Shown here piece after piece: positions 34,529 through 44,869 of a stretch of 64,000 nucleotides of DNA. Position numbers and translations under genes: made by a program. The stretch spans positions 372,001 to 436,000 of the forward strand of contig NW_027191470.1 in the NCBI RefSeq assembly GCF_011745625.1. The letters run 5' to 3'. The stretch's first letter is position 1, and every line of letters starts with the position of its first letter. The notes under the pieces were generated by a model, which was not told where the DNA came from, did not search any database, and worked only from the letters and a program-made list of their open reading frames with translations. This DNA is from Cladosporium halotolerans (lineage: Eukaryota).

Positions 34529-34915
34529 CGAGGGTCAGGGTCAGGGTTCATGAGACACCTCAGGCAGCCAGCATCCACTTCCCTTATGGATACCTTGAAC
34601 TCGTCTCGCAACATCTGCTATTCTACACCCCAACCCATCTCGTTCTCAGCATATTAGCAAGTTTTCCTTCCGCTTCTATAATCATGCTGTAATTTGATCA
34701 TCGGTCACGGTGCACGGTCTGCCAACAAGACAAGAATTGAAAATCGAATGTCGCGTGGAACAATCACAAAACAGCTTCTGGTATGCGGGAACATGTAGGA
34801 AATTGTCCTACGACTTGTTCTGCATAAGCCACTTTTTGGAGGCCGTCAAATTCGTGCCATCATAATTCGCGCCATTCGATCACCAAACCCCGGTGTGAGA
34901 AGTGATTCCAGGCGC

Positions 34916-36011
34916 CTACTTCATGAACTTGCTGGCCATGTTCATAAGGCCGCCGAGTCCGGATGATCCACCAGAAGATCCACCGCCGCTGCCACCCATC
35001 TCAGACTTCATGTACATCTTGAGCGCCATCTGCGCGGCAGATGCAACGGCATCCTGCTTCGAGGCTCCGCTGGGGGCGTTACCCTGGGAGTGCTGCTGGT
35101 CTAAAATGCACTGTTAGAACATGTCCCCCAAAATAACGGCAACGGACCAAGCACATACCGAAGAGCTTAGCAGCCTCGCCCATGGCCATGCCGATGAACT
35201 GGTTCTGGCTGCTCTTTCCTCCACCAGAGCCACCCTGGTTGAACATCTTCATCGCCTGCATGGCCGCAGCGGCGCCCATGCCGTTGCTGGAGCCTGATTG
35301 GTTTCCACCGCCGCTACCACTACCGTAGAAGTTCTGGTGCTGCCTGACAGCATCCTCCTCGTCGATGTCCTCCTTGTCCTCCTTGCCAGAGAGCATGCCA
35401 AGGGCAGTGGAGAACAGACTCGAATCTTCCTTGTTTCCAGTGTGGGACTGGGCGTGATTTGCAGCCTCGGAGAAGTCGTTGCCGCCGCCATATCCGCCTC
35501 CACCGTAAGAGGTGCCAGTCGACGAGCCGTAGCCAGAGCCGTGCTGGCCGCCTTGGGAGTAGGATCCCTCGGGGCGTCCGTGATCAGACTGGTGACCATA
35601 TCCGCCGCCTTGCTGGCCTCCGTAAGAGTCGTCGCGGCCACCACCATATCCACCACCCTGACGTCCACCGTACGAGTCCTCGCGGCCACCGCCGTAGCCA
35701 CCACTCTCACGTCCACCGTACGAGTCATCGCGGCCGCTTGAGCCACCGTATCCTCCGCCGGAACCTCCATAGTTGTCGTTCCTCCTGCCACTGTCGCCTC
35801 CGTAACCGCCGGAGCCGCCATACGAGTCATTGCCCGAGTTGCCTCCGTAGCCGCCCTCAGAGGGGTTGCCGTAGCGGTCACGACCAGAGTCCTCGCGTCT
35901 TCCGCCGCCCTGGTACTCGTCCCTGCCGCCCTGGTAGTTGTTTCCACCGCCGTAGTAGTCGTTTCCGTATCCCTGGCGGTCGCCGCCTGAGCCGTACTCG
36001 TTGTAAGACAT
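34916..36011 (-). CDS. Glycine-rich low-complexity protein with C-terminal 'beta-flanking protein'-like domain
   Basis: ATG 36011 (MSYNEYGSGG), then GGYGGGRDDSY-type repeats, then MGAAAAMQAMKMF..QFIGMAMGEAAKLF, intron 35101-35158, and DQQ..KQDAVASAAQMALKMYMKS..MASKFMK*. Probable 5'UTR intron at 36030-36097. Confidence 0.75.
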
Positions 36012-36542
36012 GATTGGAGTAGTGCTAATCTGGTAGTCAGCTTCACTGAAAGCAAACAGGGTGAAAGTCCAGCGCAACAGAGTGCTTGGTAGCTTACATT
36101 TCAAGGGTCGAAGATAAAGGTAGTGAATGTAAAGCTTATGGCTATGTTTGAAGAGGAATGCTCAAGGTCAAATGAAGAAAGGGAGGCCCGTAAAGACCCG
36201 CAACCTGTTTGCTTTGACCGTGAGATCCAGCCTGGCCCTGGCCATGCCCCACCTGAGCTGTGACGCTCGAGCAAGCAAAACCCCCACCACGCTGACGCAT
36301 TGCGTCACCGGGTCGAGGGCGGTAGATCATTCGATGAGAAGACACGGGAAGCAGGCACATGGGGATCGAAATAGGATCCTGCTGCACCTACAGCTTGCTT
36401 TTGATCGCTGCCCTCCTGCAAGTCATCCTCACGCATCGACCTATCATCAGCATTGGCGACACACCTCTTTTGTAACTTTGGACATCTCACCACCTTGTTA
36501 CCAGACCTCACCTCACCGAAACCAAAACACCAAAAAGGCAGA

Positions 36543-37114
36543 ATGGGTATCCTAATGATCGTCTTCATCCTCCTCGCCATCCTAGCCGGCTACGTCTACA
36601 TGTATGTTCCCTCATTGATTGCACTTATCACTTTCCCCGAGCCATTGGCATGCCCAACTCTCCGAGTGAAATTTGGCATCGACCACCCCATAAGAGAAGA
36701 TAACGCTCTTTCTCTCTTTCAATCTACACAAGAGCCTCGCACGCCACATCCCTCCCCAAGCCCAAACCCCTCCCAAATCGCTAACCGACCCCTCCCCCTC
36801 CAGCTTCGGCATCCCCCCGCAATTCAAGCGCGAGCTCGAAAACAAAGCCCTCGAGACCATGGGCGAGAACAAGGCCAGCTACATGGCCAAGAGCTACGTC
36901 GACAAGATCCCGGCCAGCGACCAGGAGGACGTGCGCGAGGTCAAGAAGGGCGTCGGGAACGCGGTCGGCGGCGCGCTGCAGAATCCGCTGGGTGGGCTGG
37001 TGAGTGGACCTTGTTTTTCTGTTCGTGGAGTTTGCTTTGAGGGGATCTGTGCTGACCCAAAGATAGGCTGGTGATACCGCGGATGAAGTTACGAAGCCGT
37101 TGACTGGACGCTGA
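36543..37114 (+). CDS. Small (~100 aa) N-terminally anchored hypothetical protein, 3 exons
   Basis: MGILMIVFILLAILAGYVYI, intron 36602-36803, FGIPPQFKRELENKALETMGENKASYMAK..NPLGGL, intron 37000-37066, AGDTADEVTKPLTGR*. Splice signals are canonical and the frame is preserved. Confidence 0.7.
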
Positions 37115-37419
37115 AGGGCCAGGGGGCTAGGAAGCAGGCCTGGAGGTTGAGATTGTTTCGGCTGGCTCTCTTCTCCGGCTTGAACTGGACCTTTTGTGCG
37201 CTACCTTGTCTTTTCGGAGAGCATTGGTCTTGCATTTCTAGCGGCATAGTATGCTCATAGGCATTTGGAACACGTTTGAAGCTTGGGAGAACTGGGAATG
37301 GCATATTTTGGAGTATTCTTCATATCATTGAGGAAATCATGTATATCTAGTGTATACTATCGTCAGGGTCAGATCTGCTGCCCGGGTATTAAAATCGAAA
37401 AGCAAATGCAATCAGCGCT

Positions 37420-38811
37420 CTACACCGAGTTGGAGTTATCCGCGCACGACCACGCAGCGGAGCCATCGCTCTCGGCGAAAATGTTGATCAGGCCAACAAC
37501 AGAGCCGTACGTGCCCGCAATCATCAGGAAGGTGCCAGCGACGATGACGAAGATCGCCCAGCTGACCATGGCAGTCCACTTGGCGGATCCGCGGTCCGGG
37601 CGGTTCCAGTTGTCGTACAGCCACATGGCGCCCATGGGCTGGAAACACATGAGGGTGCCGAAGACGGCGCCCATGAGGGAGACGAGGCCGCCGAAGGCGG
37701 GGATGCCGCTGGCGATGCAGTAGGCGATGATGGAGGTGGTGAAGACGCAGCCGATCCAGCTGGCCCAGTGGATGAGGGTGTTGGCCGTCAGGTGCTTGGA
37801 GTTGCGCAGCGCGCGGATGAAGACGTACTTGGCCGTCAGGTGGATGTAGAGCACGGTGGAGACGATCAGGCCGGGGAGGGCGAGGCCGTAGGAGACCTTC
37901 TTCATGAGGTTGCCGGCGGAGCCGAGGGCGGGCGAGGCGACGAAGGAGCCGCAGTAGTAGTAGACGATGATGCCGATGATGAGGTAGGTGCTAATAGCGA
38001 TACCACGGCACATGGCGAGAGAGTAGGTGTAGTGGTGGGGGTTCCTCATCTCAGAGGCGATGGAGAAGTAAGCCGGGACGCCAGCGAAGGCGAAGATGAG
38101 GGAGCAGATGGCCGACATGGCGTCCGCGAAAGTTGGGCTACCAACGAGTTGCCAGTTGGACTTGAAGTCGCCGGTTTGAGGGGCGGCAGCGGGGCGGTCC
38201 TGAACACCAGTGGCGATGGTAACGGCGAAGATGGCGGAGAGGATGGAGAACATGCCGATCCACGCCAGAGCACTGATCTTGCCAAGGGTGCGGATGCTGG
38301 CAATGCTAAAGCCAATGACAGCAGCGACCGCAACGAAGACGGCGGTGCAGGTACCGTGGGTCGAAACAGCGTTCAGACCGATAGAGACACCAAGCATGGC
38401 AGAGCCGGCGATGAAGATCCAGAAGAGACAGAATGCGACAGCCAAGCAGTCGCGACCGATGGGACCAAAGAGCAGCATACCCACGTCAGGAATACCGTAG
38501 ACCTGAGGGTGCTTCAACTTGAATTGACCGACCACATAAGACGACCAGGTTGTAATGCCACCAATGACGAGCAGGAGGATAATTCCAGGGATCATGCCGA
38601 GAACGTTGAAGGCTTCAGGGATCGAAAGCACACCAAGACCGACTTCCGTCTTCATCATGAGAACGGATGCTCCGAGCCAGCCGACACTGCGGTAGTCGGG
38701 GCCACCCTCTTCGACGTTGCCGAAGACAGCATCTGTGACTTCTCCATCGGCGCGGGAGGGGACTCCAACGAGCTCCTCATCGAAGTTCTTTTTTGAGGCG
38801 TCGGCGGCCAT
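37420..38811 (-). CDS. Amino acid permease, AAAP/Aa_trans family (Mtr-like neutral amino acid transporter)
   Basis: ATG 38811; GGPDYRSVGWLGASVLMMKTEVGLGVLSIP, FAFAGVPAYFSIASEMRNP, VASPALGSAG and WSCADNSNS; about 11 hydrophobic segments. Confidence 0.92.
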   Translation of the reverse strand: MAADASKKNFDEELVGVPSRADGEVTDAVFGNVEEGGPDYRSVGWLGASVLMMKTEVGLGVLSIPEAFNVLGMIPGIILLLVIGGITTWSSYVVGQFKLKHPQVYGIPDVGMLLFGPIGRDCLAVAFCLFWIFIAGSAMLGVSIGLNAVSTHGTCTAVFVAVAAVIGFSIASIRTLGKISALAWIGMFSILSAIFAVTIATGVQDRPAAAPQTGDFKSNWQLVGSPTFADAMSAICSLIFAFAGVPAYFSIASEMRNPHHYTYSLAMCRGIAISTYLIIGIIVYYYCGSFVASPALGSAGNLMKKVSYGLALPGLIVSTVLYIHLTAKYVFIRALRNSKHLTANTLIHWASWIGCVFTTSIIAYCIASGIPAFGGLVSLMGAVFGTLMCFQPMGAMWLYDNWNRPDRGSAKWTAMVSWAIFVIVAGTFLMIAGTYGSVVGLINIFAESDGSAAWSCADNSNSV

Positions 38812-40583
38812 GTCGAACAGGCGGATGTGTGAGAGAGGAGAGGATAGAGATGGTTGTGGGAGAGAGGTTGTGCGTGTGTGAGTTCGAGAGGGGAGAATCA
38901 AGGGACGATCAAGTAGTTATACATGCCTTGCCATGTGTCCCCCGCGGCATGGACATGCATCTTACTTCGGCCGTTCAGCGGGCTCCCCGAGGCCAGAGCC
39001 ATTAGTAGGAGTAACACTGGCACGCTAGTGATTGGTCGCGATAGGATATACTCCGGGGGTCTCCACATGTCTGAAGCCGAGTGAAGCCGTGCACGGCCTG
39101 GCCTTGCAGATACCTCTGAGTGGCGTAGGACGCTGATAGCTGGTAGGCAGTATCAAGTTGGATCCCTCAAGACTTGCGGCCAAGTAATTTTAGATGATAG
39201 CGTGCGCCCCAAGCGTCAATTCGGCAGGCCCTTCCCAAACGGGACACCTATAGTGATGCTCTGTGTTCGATCACCTCTTCAGCAAATTCTGAAGGCTGTT
39301 GCGAACTCGGCCAGGGCCGCCTAGCCTGACCCTCCCCAGACCGAATCGCGGAGTCCCCAAGACGATTTACGTAAAAAAGTCTCTTTGCACGCGGGACTAG
39401 CAGCGCATTGTTGTGCTCTGGGCCTCTGCTGGTCTCAGGCGAGGCGACATGACGTGGTGAAGATTGATAACGGTTTCACGCCTCCGGCGGCCTGGAATCC
39501 TGTGGTGGCCCACCATTTCGGCCCTTTGCCTTGCCTCCTGGGGCGCGCGAATGATGGGGTTTAGGTTGGCGATAAGGCTCGACGAACGCGAGGCCCGTCG
39601 CGTGGCATCTGTCGCGGAAGTCGTAACAAGGACGTTCGGCGACGCAGATCTTCTCGCTTGCGCGCGGGACGGCGGCGGAGACTGTTCTCCCGCCCTGCGT
39701 AGAATTTCTCTCCCCGGCGCGCTGCGGCTCTGCGGTGGACGGGAGAGGCGCCGCTTGCAGTTTCTTCTGCCTCTTGGCTCACCTCACACCCCGACAGCGA
39801 GCCACGCGGGCCACGCGGGCCTTTTGCCATTATTCACAGCGTGTGTCGGGGTCTCCACCGAGCAGGCCTGCACCGCCCTCTCGCTCCATGTTGGCGCCTG
39901 GTCCGCCGCGCACTGCGCCATCCTTGTCACACGGCCCCCATTGTGGATCACCGACACGACCCAAAGTCACGTTTTTACGTTATGCATTCGGACTTCTCCT
40001 CTTGCCCCATGGGCAGCTAGTCAAGGAGCCGTGCCTAAGGTGCTCCATCGTCTAACGCGCCTCGAACTGACCGCTCCGTCTCATCCGCGGGCGATTTCAT
40101 GCACCAGGAGCGCTCCAATTGATTTCGAACAAACGGGATAGCAACGAAACCGTCTACCTGAATCGCAGCCCAAGCCACAGCCAATGGCGCCATCGAGCTG
40201 CGCGCGGGTACCGGCGGCCTACGCATTTTCTCCAGGATCTGAAATTAAGCTTCGCCTTGTGCTTGCGCTTTAATTGAACGCCGTGCATCGCGACGATAAC
40301 GCTACTACTGTACGCTCGGATCTGTACGCAACGTACATCATCGATCCTACGGGAGTCCCTCGATTCCATTTGTCCAGAGCATCCTTCAATCAGCTTCGGA
40401 GAGATTTCAACCCGCAGCTCGCCTGTTGCGAGAAAATGCCGCTGCGTCGTAAGGCCTCATCCTTCGGCCAACCCCCTTGAAGGATGATCTGCGCTCCGCT
40501 GCATGCCGCGAGTGTCGCGCAGCGATGCTATGAGGTTAATCCATCTTAGGTAGCATCAGTCTCATGCATGCACACCCGATGGG

Positions 40584-42683
40584 CTAGAAAGGCGCCATAG
40601 CAGCGTCAGACGCACCCTGGAGCGGCCGAAAGGCCCCTGCCGAGTTGGTGACAGGCTCGCTCTCATTGTCGTGGTTCCCAAGGTTCTGACGAGGGGAGCG
40701 AGTGTCCTGCAAGGCGTTCTCGTGTTGCTGACGGCTCCGCCTCAGAACCTCAAAGATCGAATCACCTTCGTCCTCGGCGTCCTCAACCAGCCGAGGTGCA
40801 CTGCTCTCCTCTGCCTCTTCTACATCGTTGTCTGCGTCGCCCAATGGTTCCGGCGATCCCGAGGCAGGGACCAGCGAGGCTGATGTCGCTGGCTGCGCAC
40901 CCGTCAACGTCTTTTTGGCCTCAGCTTTCGCCTTCCGACGCCTACGCGAGCTATCCAATCTGAGCGCATTCATCGTAGGGCACCAATATTCACTCTTAAC
41001 ATCCTCCCTCTGCCATTTGTTGTCAACCTCCTCGTACGCGTACGACTGGCTCATGGTGCCTTGAAAGACGTGTCCCGTCTCGACGTGATTGTCTGGCAAA
41101 GCAGGGAGCGAGAACACGGCGATGCAGTCGCGAATGAGATCAAGGTACTGCTTGTATCCCGGGAGATTGTCGGCGACCGTCGTGAAGCCGGCGAGCGGCT
41201 TCCCGTTGGTGTCTGTGTACAGTTCGAGGACATCCTGGGCTTGGATGCTGAAGTTAGCTTTTGGGTACAGTATTGAGAGGCTTGGGACGAATCATACCCG
41301 TATAGCGCCGCCGAATCCACTCCATGAAACTCGGCTCCGCGCTCTTGCGTTTCTGGAACGTCAAGAAGCAAATGAAGGCGTGCAGCGGCGGTTCGACACC
41401 AACTTGCCCTCCGACGACCTTATGGAAGTGCAGCGTGACCCTACGCACTTTCTCAAGCAGCTCTATCGTGATAGGGAAAGTCGTTGGACATTCAACATAA
41501 GAGTAGATGGGCGGGTACACTTCCCCATTTCTCGCCGCGCGAGCTGGGAACCCGACCCTCCGCATCACAACCTGCAGCGTGTATAGACCGGCTCGCTTAT
41601 GGTCCGCCGGGGCATGGAATTCAGGGAAGATGTCGTACAGCCCGTCTTGGATGAGGTCTTCAATGCGCGCCTGCTTGAAGACATCGTCGTCGTACAACAC
41701 CGGCCCGTGCGTGAGGAACTCCTGCGTGAATTTCCGAGGGTGCAGTCTGACCATGTTTGACTGGCCCCAATGACTGCTCCTGGGAACTTCGAAAATCGTA
41801 TAGAGATCGAGTGCGTTGTAGAAAGCGACAGGCTCACCAGTGACAGTCTTCGCCTTGCGACGATCGAGGAACTGGATCGTGACGTTCCCCTGCTTCTCGT
41901 GGTACCTCCGCAGGGCGTGCACGACTAGGAACAAGGGGTCTTTGCTGTAGGATAGCAGCTCGTCACCCCGCAGGTCCATCCACTGAAGGTGGTGGCCGAT
42001 CATGTAGACAAGCTCGGCTTGCGAGAGGTCAGTGAGGTGGTCGTGCGAGCGGTAGTTGTCTCGCGTGTCGGCGGACGGGAGCAGTAGGTCTTGGGCCGTG
42101 AAGCCGTTCGACTTCCTGTGGTACCATCCGAAGCTTTCGCCGCGGGTTAGAGAGGCAGTACGGCCTAGAAAGTTGGGACCAACGCTGCTCGCGAGCTCAA
42201 GACTGGCGATCTGTTCTGGCGTCGGCTGTAGACTCGCGAGCGCTCTCAGAGCCCTTGGGTCCTTCTTGTTCTCATCCTCGGTCAGAAGTCTCTCGTTCAA
42301 ACCTAGCGATTCACGGACGAGATCGCGGGGCTGGTTGCCCATGGCTAGCTGGATCCCTGCGCGGCTCGCTGCTGCTTCAAGAGGTACTCTGCCTCTTTTT
42401 GCTGCTTCCAAGAGCTGTAGTTGTTGGTGGTTCTTGCGATTCTCTTCACCGTGCGTTTGGTTTTCTTCAACCCCATTTTCTTCGCTACTTTAGCCATTTC
42501 CGCAAACATGAGAAGAGGCTCTGCAGAGGCCTTGAGTGGCTCTTCTGCGCCGTCATCGGCTTTGCGTTTCTTGGAGATGATCAGATCGAGTTTCGGCGAT
42601 GCTGCTCTGCAGTCGTGGACTTCAGAAGAAGGCACATCGACTCCGGCGATACTAATTTCAGCGGAGTCTGTTTCGTTCGCCAT
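40584..42683 (-). CDS. Hypothetical protein (HLxW..LLSYS..EFL-type fungal domain); 5' structure uncertain
   Basis: ORF 41254-42411 joins ORF 40584-41117 through intron 41240-41297 (GTATGA..GCTAAC..AAG), giving RRRYTAQDVLELY..DCIAVFSLPALPD. The upstream ORF 42345-42683 is in another frame. An alternative ATG lies at 42342. Confidence 0.6.
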
Positions 42684-43224
42684 TGGAAGCTCTTTGCGGG
42701 CGGAGCAATATATGCTTTGCAGCAGGTCGGGTCAATACAATGTAAGTCTTTCCTTGATGATAGGGTGGTAGATGCGAGACAATTGAGTGGTATCCGTACG
42801 AAGTGTCTGTCCAGTAGGGGATGCAGTGTGAGACGTAGATATACCCTCGAGTCGAAAGATCTCACATGCTGCTGTGGTATACCAATTCAGATGTTAACAG
42901 ATCGTGACCTCCATTGAGATACCGGTCTTTGAGTGATGGCCGCAGTTCCAGCCTCACTATTGAGGCTTGATGAGAAGATGACGAGATACAGGACTGAAGA
43001 TTGCTTGGGGGTGAAGCTAGGCGCGGATGTCAATGAATAAAGGAGGCGGCAACGAAATGAAGACTTCGGACAAAGTAACACAAATTCTGGAAAGCAACGA
43101 TGCGTAGAAATCATGTTCATTATGCTGGCTATCCAAGATCAGCAAGGCTCATTCCTCAACATTGCGAAAATTCATATGCCGCAATAATTAAGCCTCATTA
43201 CCAGTCTCATTTCCGTCGCCTCAC

Positions 43225-44117
43225 TTAACGAGCCAGGTTAGAAGGAGCAGCAAGAGCCGGGCCCTCAGGAGTGACATAAGCCTTGGTCATACCACCGTCA
43301 ACGACAAAGTCGCTGCCGTTGACAAAGCTGGCCTCATCGCTAGCCAAGAACAAAACGGCCTGCGCTTGCTCAATAGCCTCACCGAAACGGCCAGTAGGGA
43401 AGTGAACCTCACGCCTGTGGCGCTTGGCCTGGTCATCACCGAGCCAGTCCTGGAGCAGCGGGGTGTTGAGAGGCGCAGGGCAGAGAGCGTTGAAGCGGAA
43501 GCCCTCGCGCGCGTGCACGATGGCGAGCTCGCGGGTCATGGCGAGGACGGCGCCCTTGGAGGCGGTGTAGGCGAGCTGGGGAGTGGCGGCACCGACGAGA
43601 GCGACGACGGAGGCGGTGTTGATGATGCTGCCCTTCTTCTTGTTGTGCTTGCGCAGCGAGAGGACGGCGTGCTTGCTGCCGAACCACACACCCTTCACGT
43701 TGATGTTTTGGGTCATGTCCCAGATCTTCTCGGGTGTATCGACGGCGTCTAGTAAGAAGAGTTAGCTTGACGCCCTGTTACTGAATGAACATGGTGGAAC
43801 TCACCGGCGTCGTCAGCGTGCATGATACCGGCGTTGTTGAACATGATGTCAACGCCACCCCACTCGTCGACGCTGTCAACGAGAGCCTTGATGTTGTCTT
43901 CCTTGCTGACATCGCACTTAGCAGTCTTGATCTTGCCGACCATCTCCGGCGCGGCCTCCTTTGCCTTTGCGACAGCCTTCTCAAGCGCGGGCTCAGAGAT
44001 ATCGGCCATGACGACAGAAGCACCCTCGCGGAGGAAGAGGATGGTAGTCTCAAGACCAATGCCACCGGCGGCACCGGTGACGATGGCGTTCTTGCCTTCC
44101 AAGCGCAGTCCAGGCAT
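43225..44117 (-). CDS. Short-chain dehydrogenase/reductase, Rv2857c/SCO1611-like, 2 exons
   Basis: TGAAGGIG, FNNAGI, intron 43749-43804, GSIINTAS, YTASKGAV and DGGMTKAYVTP. Confidence 0.92.
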
Positions 44118-44869
44118 GATTGTTAGATGTCTGTGTGATGGGTTTGATAGTTGATATCAAAAGCGTGCGTTTGATAGAAATCGATAAGCCAAGACTCTCG
44201 CGTCGCAGAGAACTTTGCGGATGCTTCGATGTCAGGGTTCACAGGGTGTTTTGATGAAAAATGTAAGAGACGGGTTGCGGTCGCACAGTCAGAGGGGACG
44301 TCGTTTTACTTCACCAAGCCCCGCGATGATGAAGTGCTCGTGGGGTAGAAATGACACGTAGGGAGGGCACTTATCTAATCGCAATGCCCTTCTACGGCAA
44401 ACCTCCGGGCCGGCGTTTGAACGGCGGCGACTTGATAGCCGCTCGTCGATGAATCACTTGAATTGATTGATTAATGAGATTGTTACCAAATCGCCGCCCG
44501 TAAGTTCATGGGTTCGTGTGGACACGCAATGATCGATAAACCGTCGTGTGACGATACAGGACGTGCGTGCTAGCCTCCCGCGCCAGGATCGCAGAAGCGG
44601 GATGGAACAGGATAGAGCTTCTTGTTTGCGCGTGGCGGGATGCGCCGGCGACGCCAGCGGCGTTAGCCTGGTGATCTGCCACTTCGACATCGCCCTACGT
44701 CCCAGCGCCAGGGCTGGACTACCTGGCAGCCCACCACCAGCTGTCTGCCTCGCCGACCGATAGCCATTCTCTTCCTTCCACTCTGCTTGATCACCTCCGA
44801 AAACACCAATTCCCTCACCACCCTCCTTCTATAAACCCGTTTCCAGCCTCACGTGACAACAACCTCAAT

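Noticed and set aside
37768..38796. 342-aa plus-strand ORF and similar long antisense ORFs (e.g. 25861-26550, 5209-6135, 58474-59193, 28068-28775)
   Set aside because: Shadow frames of high-GC3 genes on the opposite strand, with no recognisable motifs.
39464..40141. 225-aa TTG-started ORF
   Set aside because: Non-ATG start and no protein-like features; probably regulatory DNA upstream of the permease.
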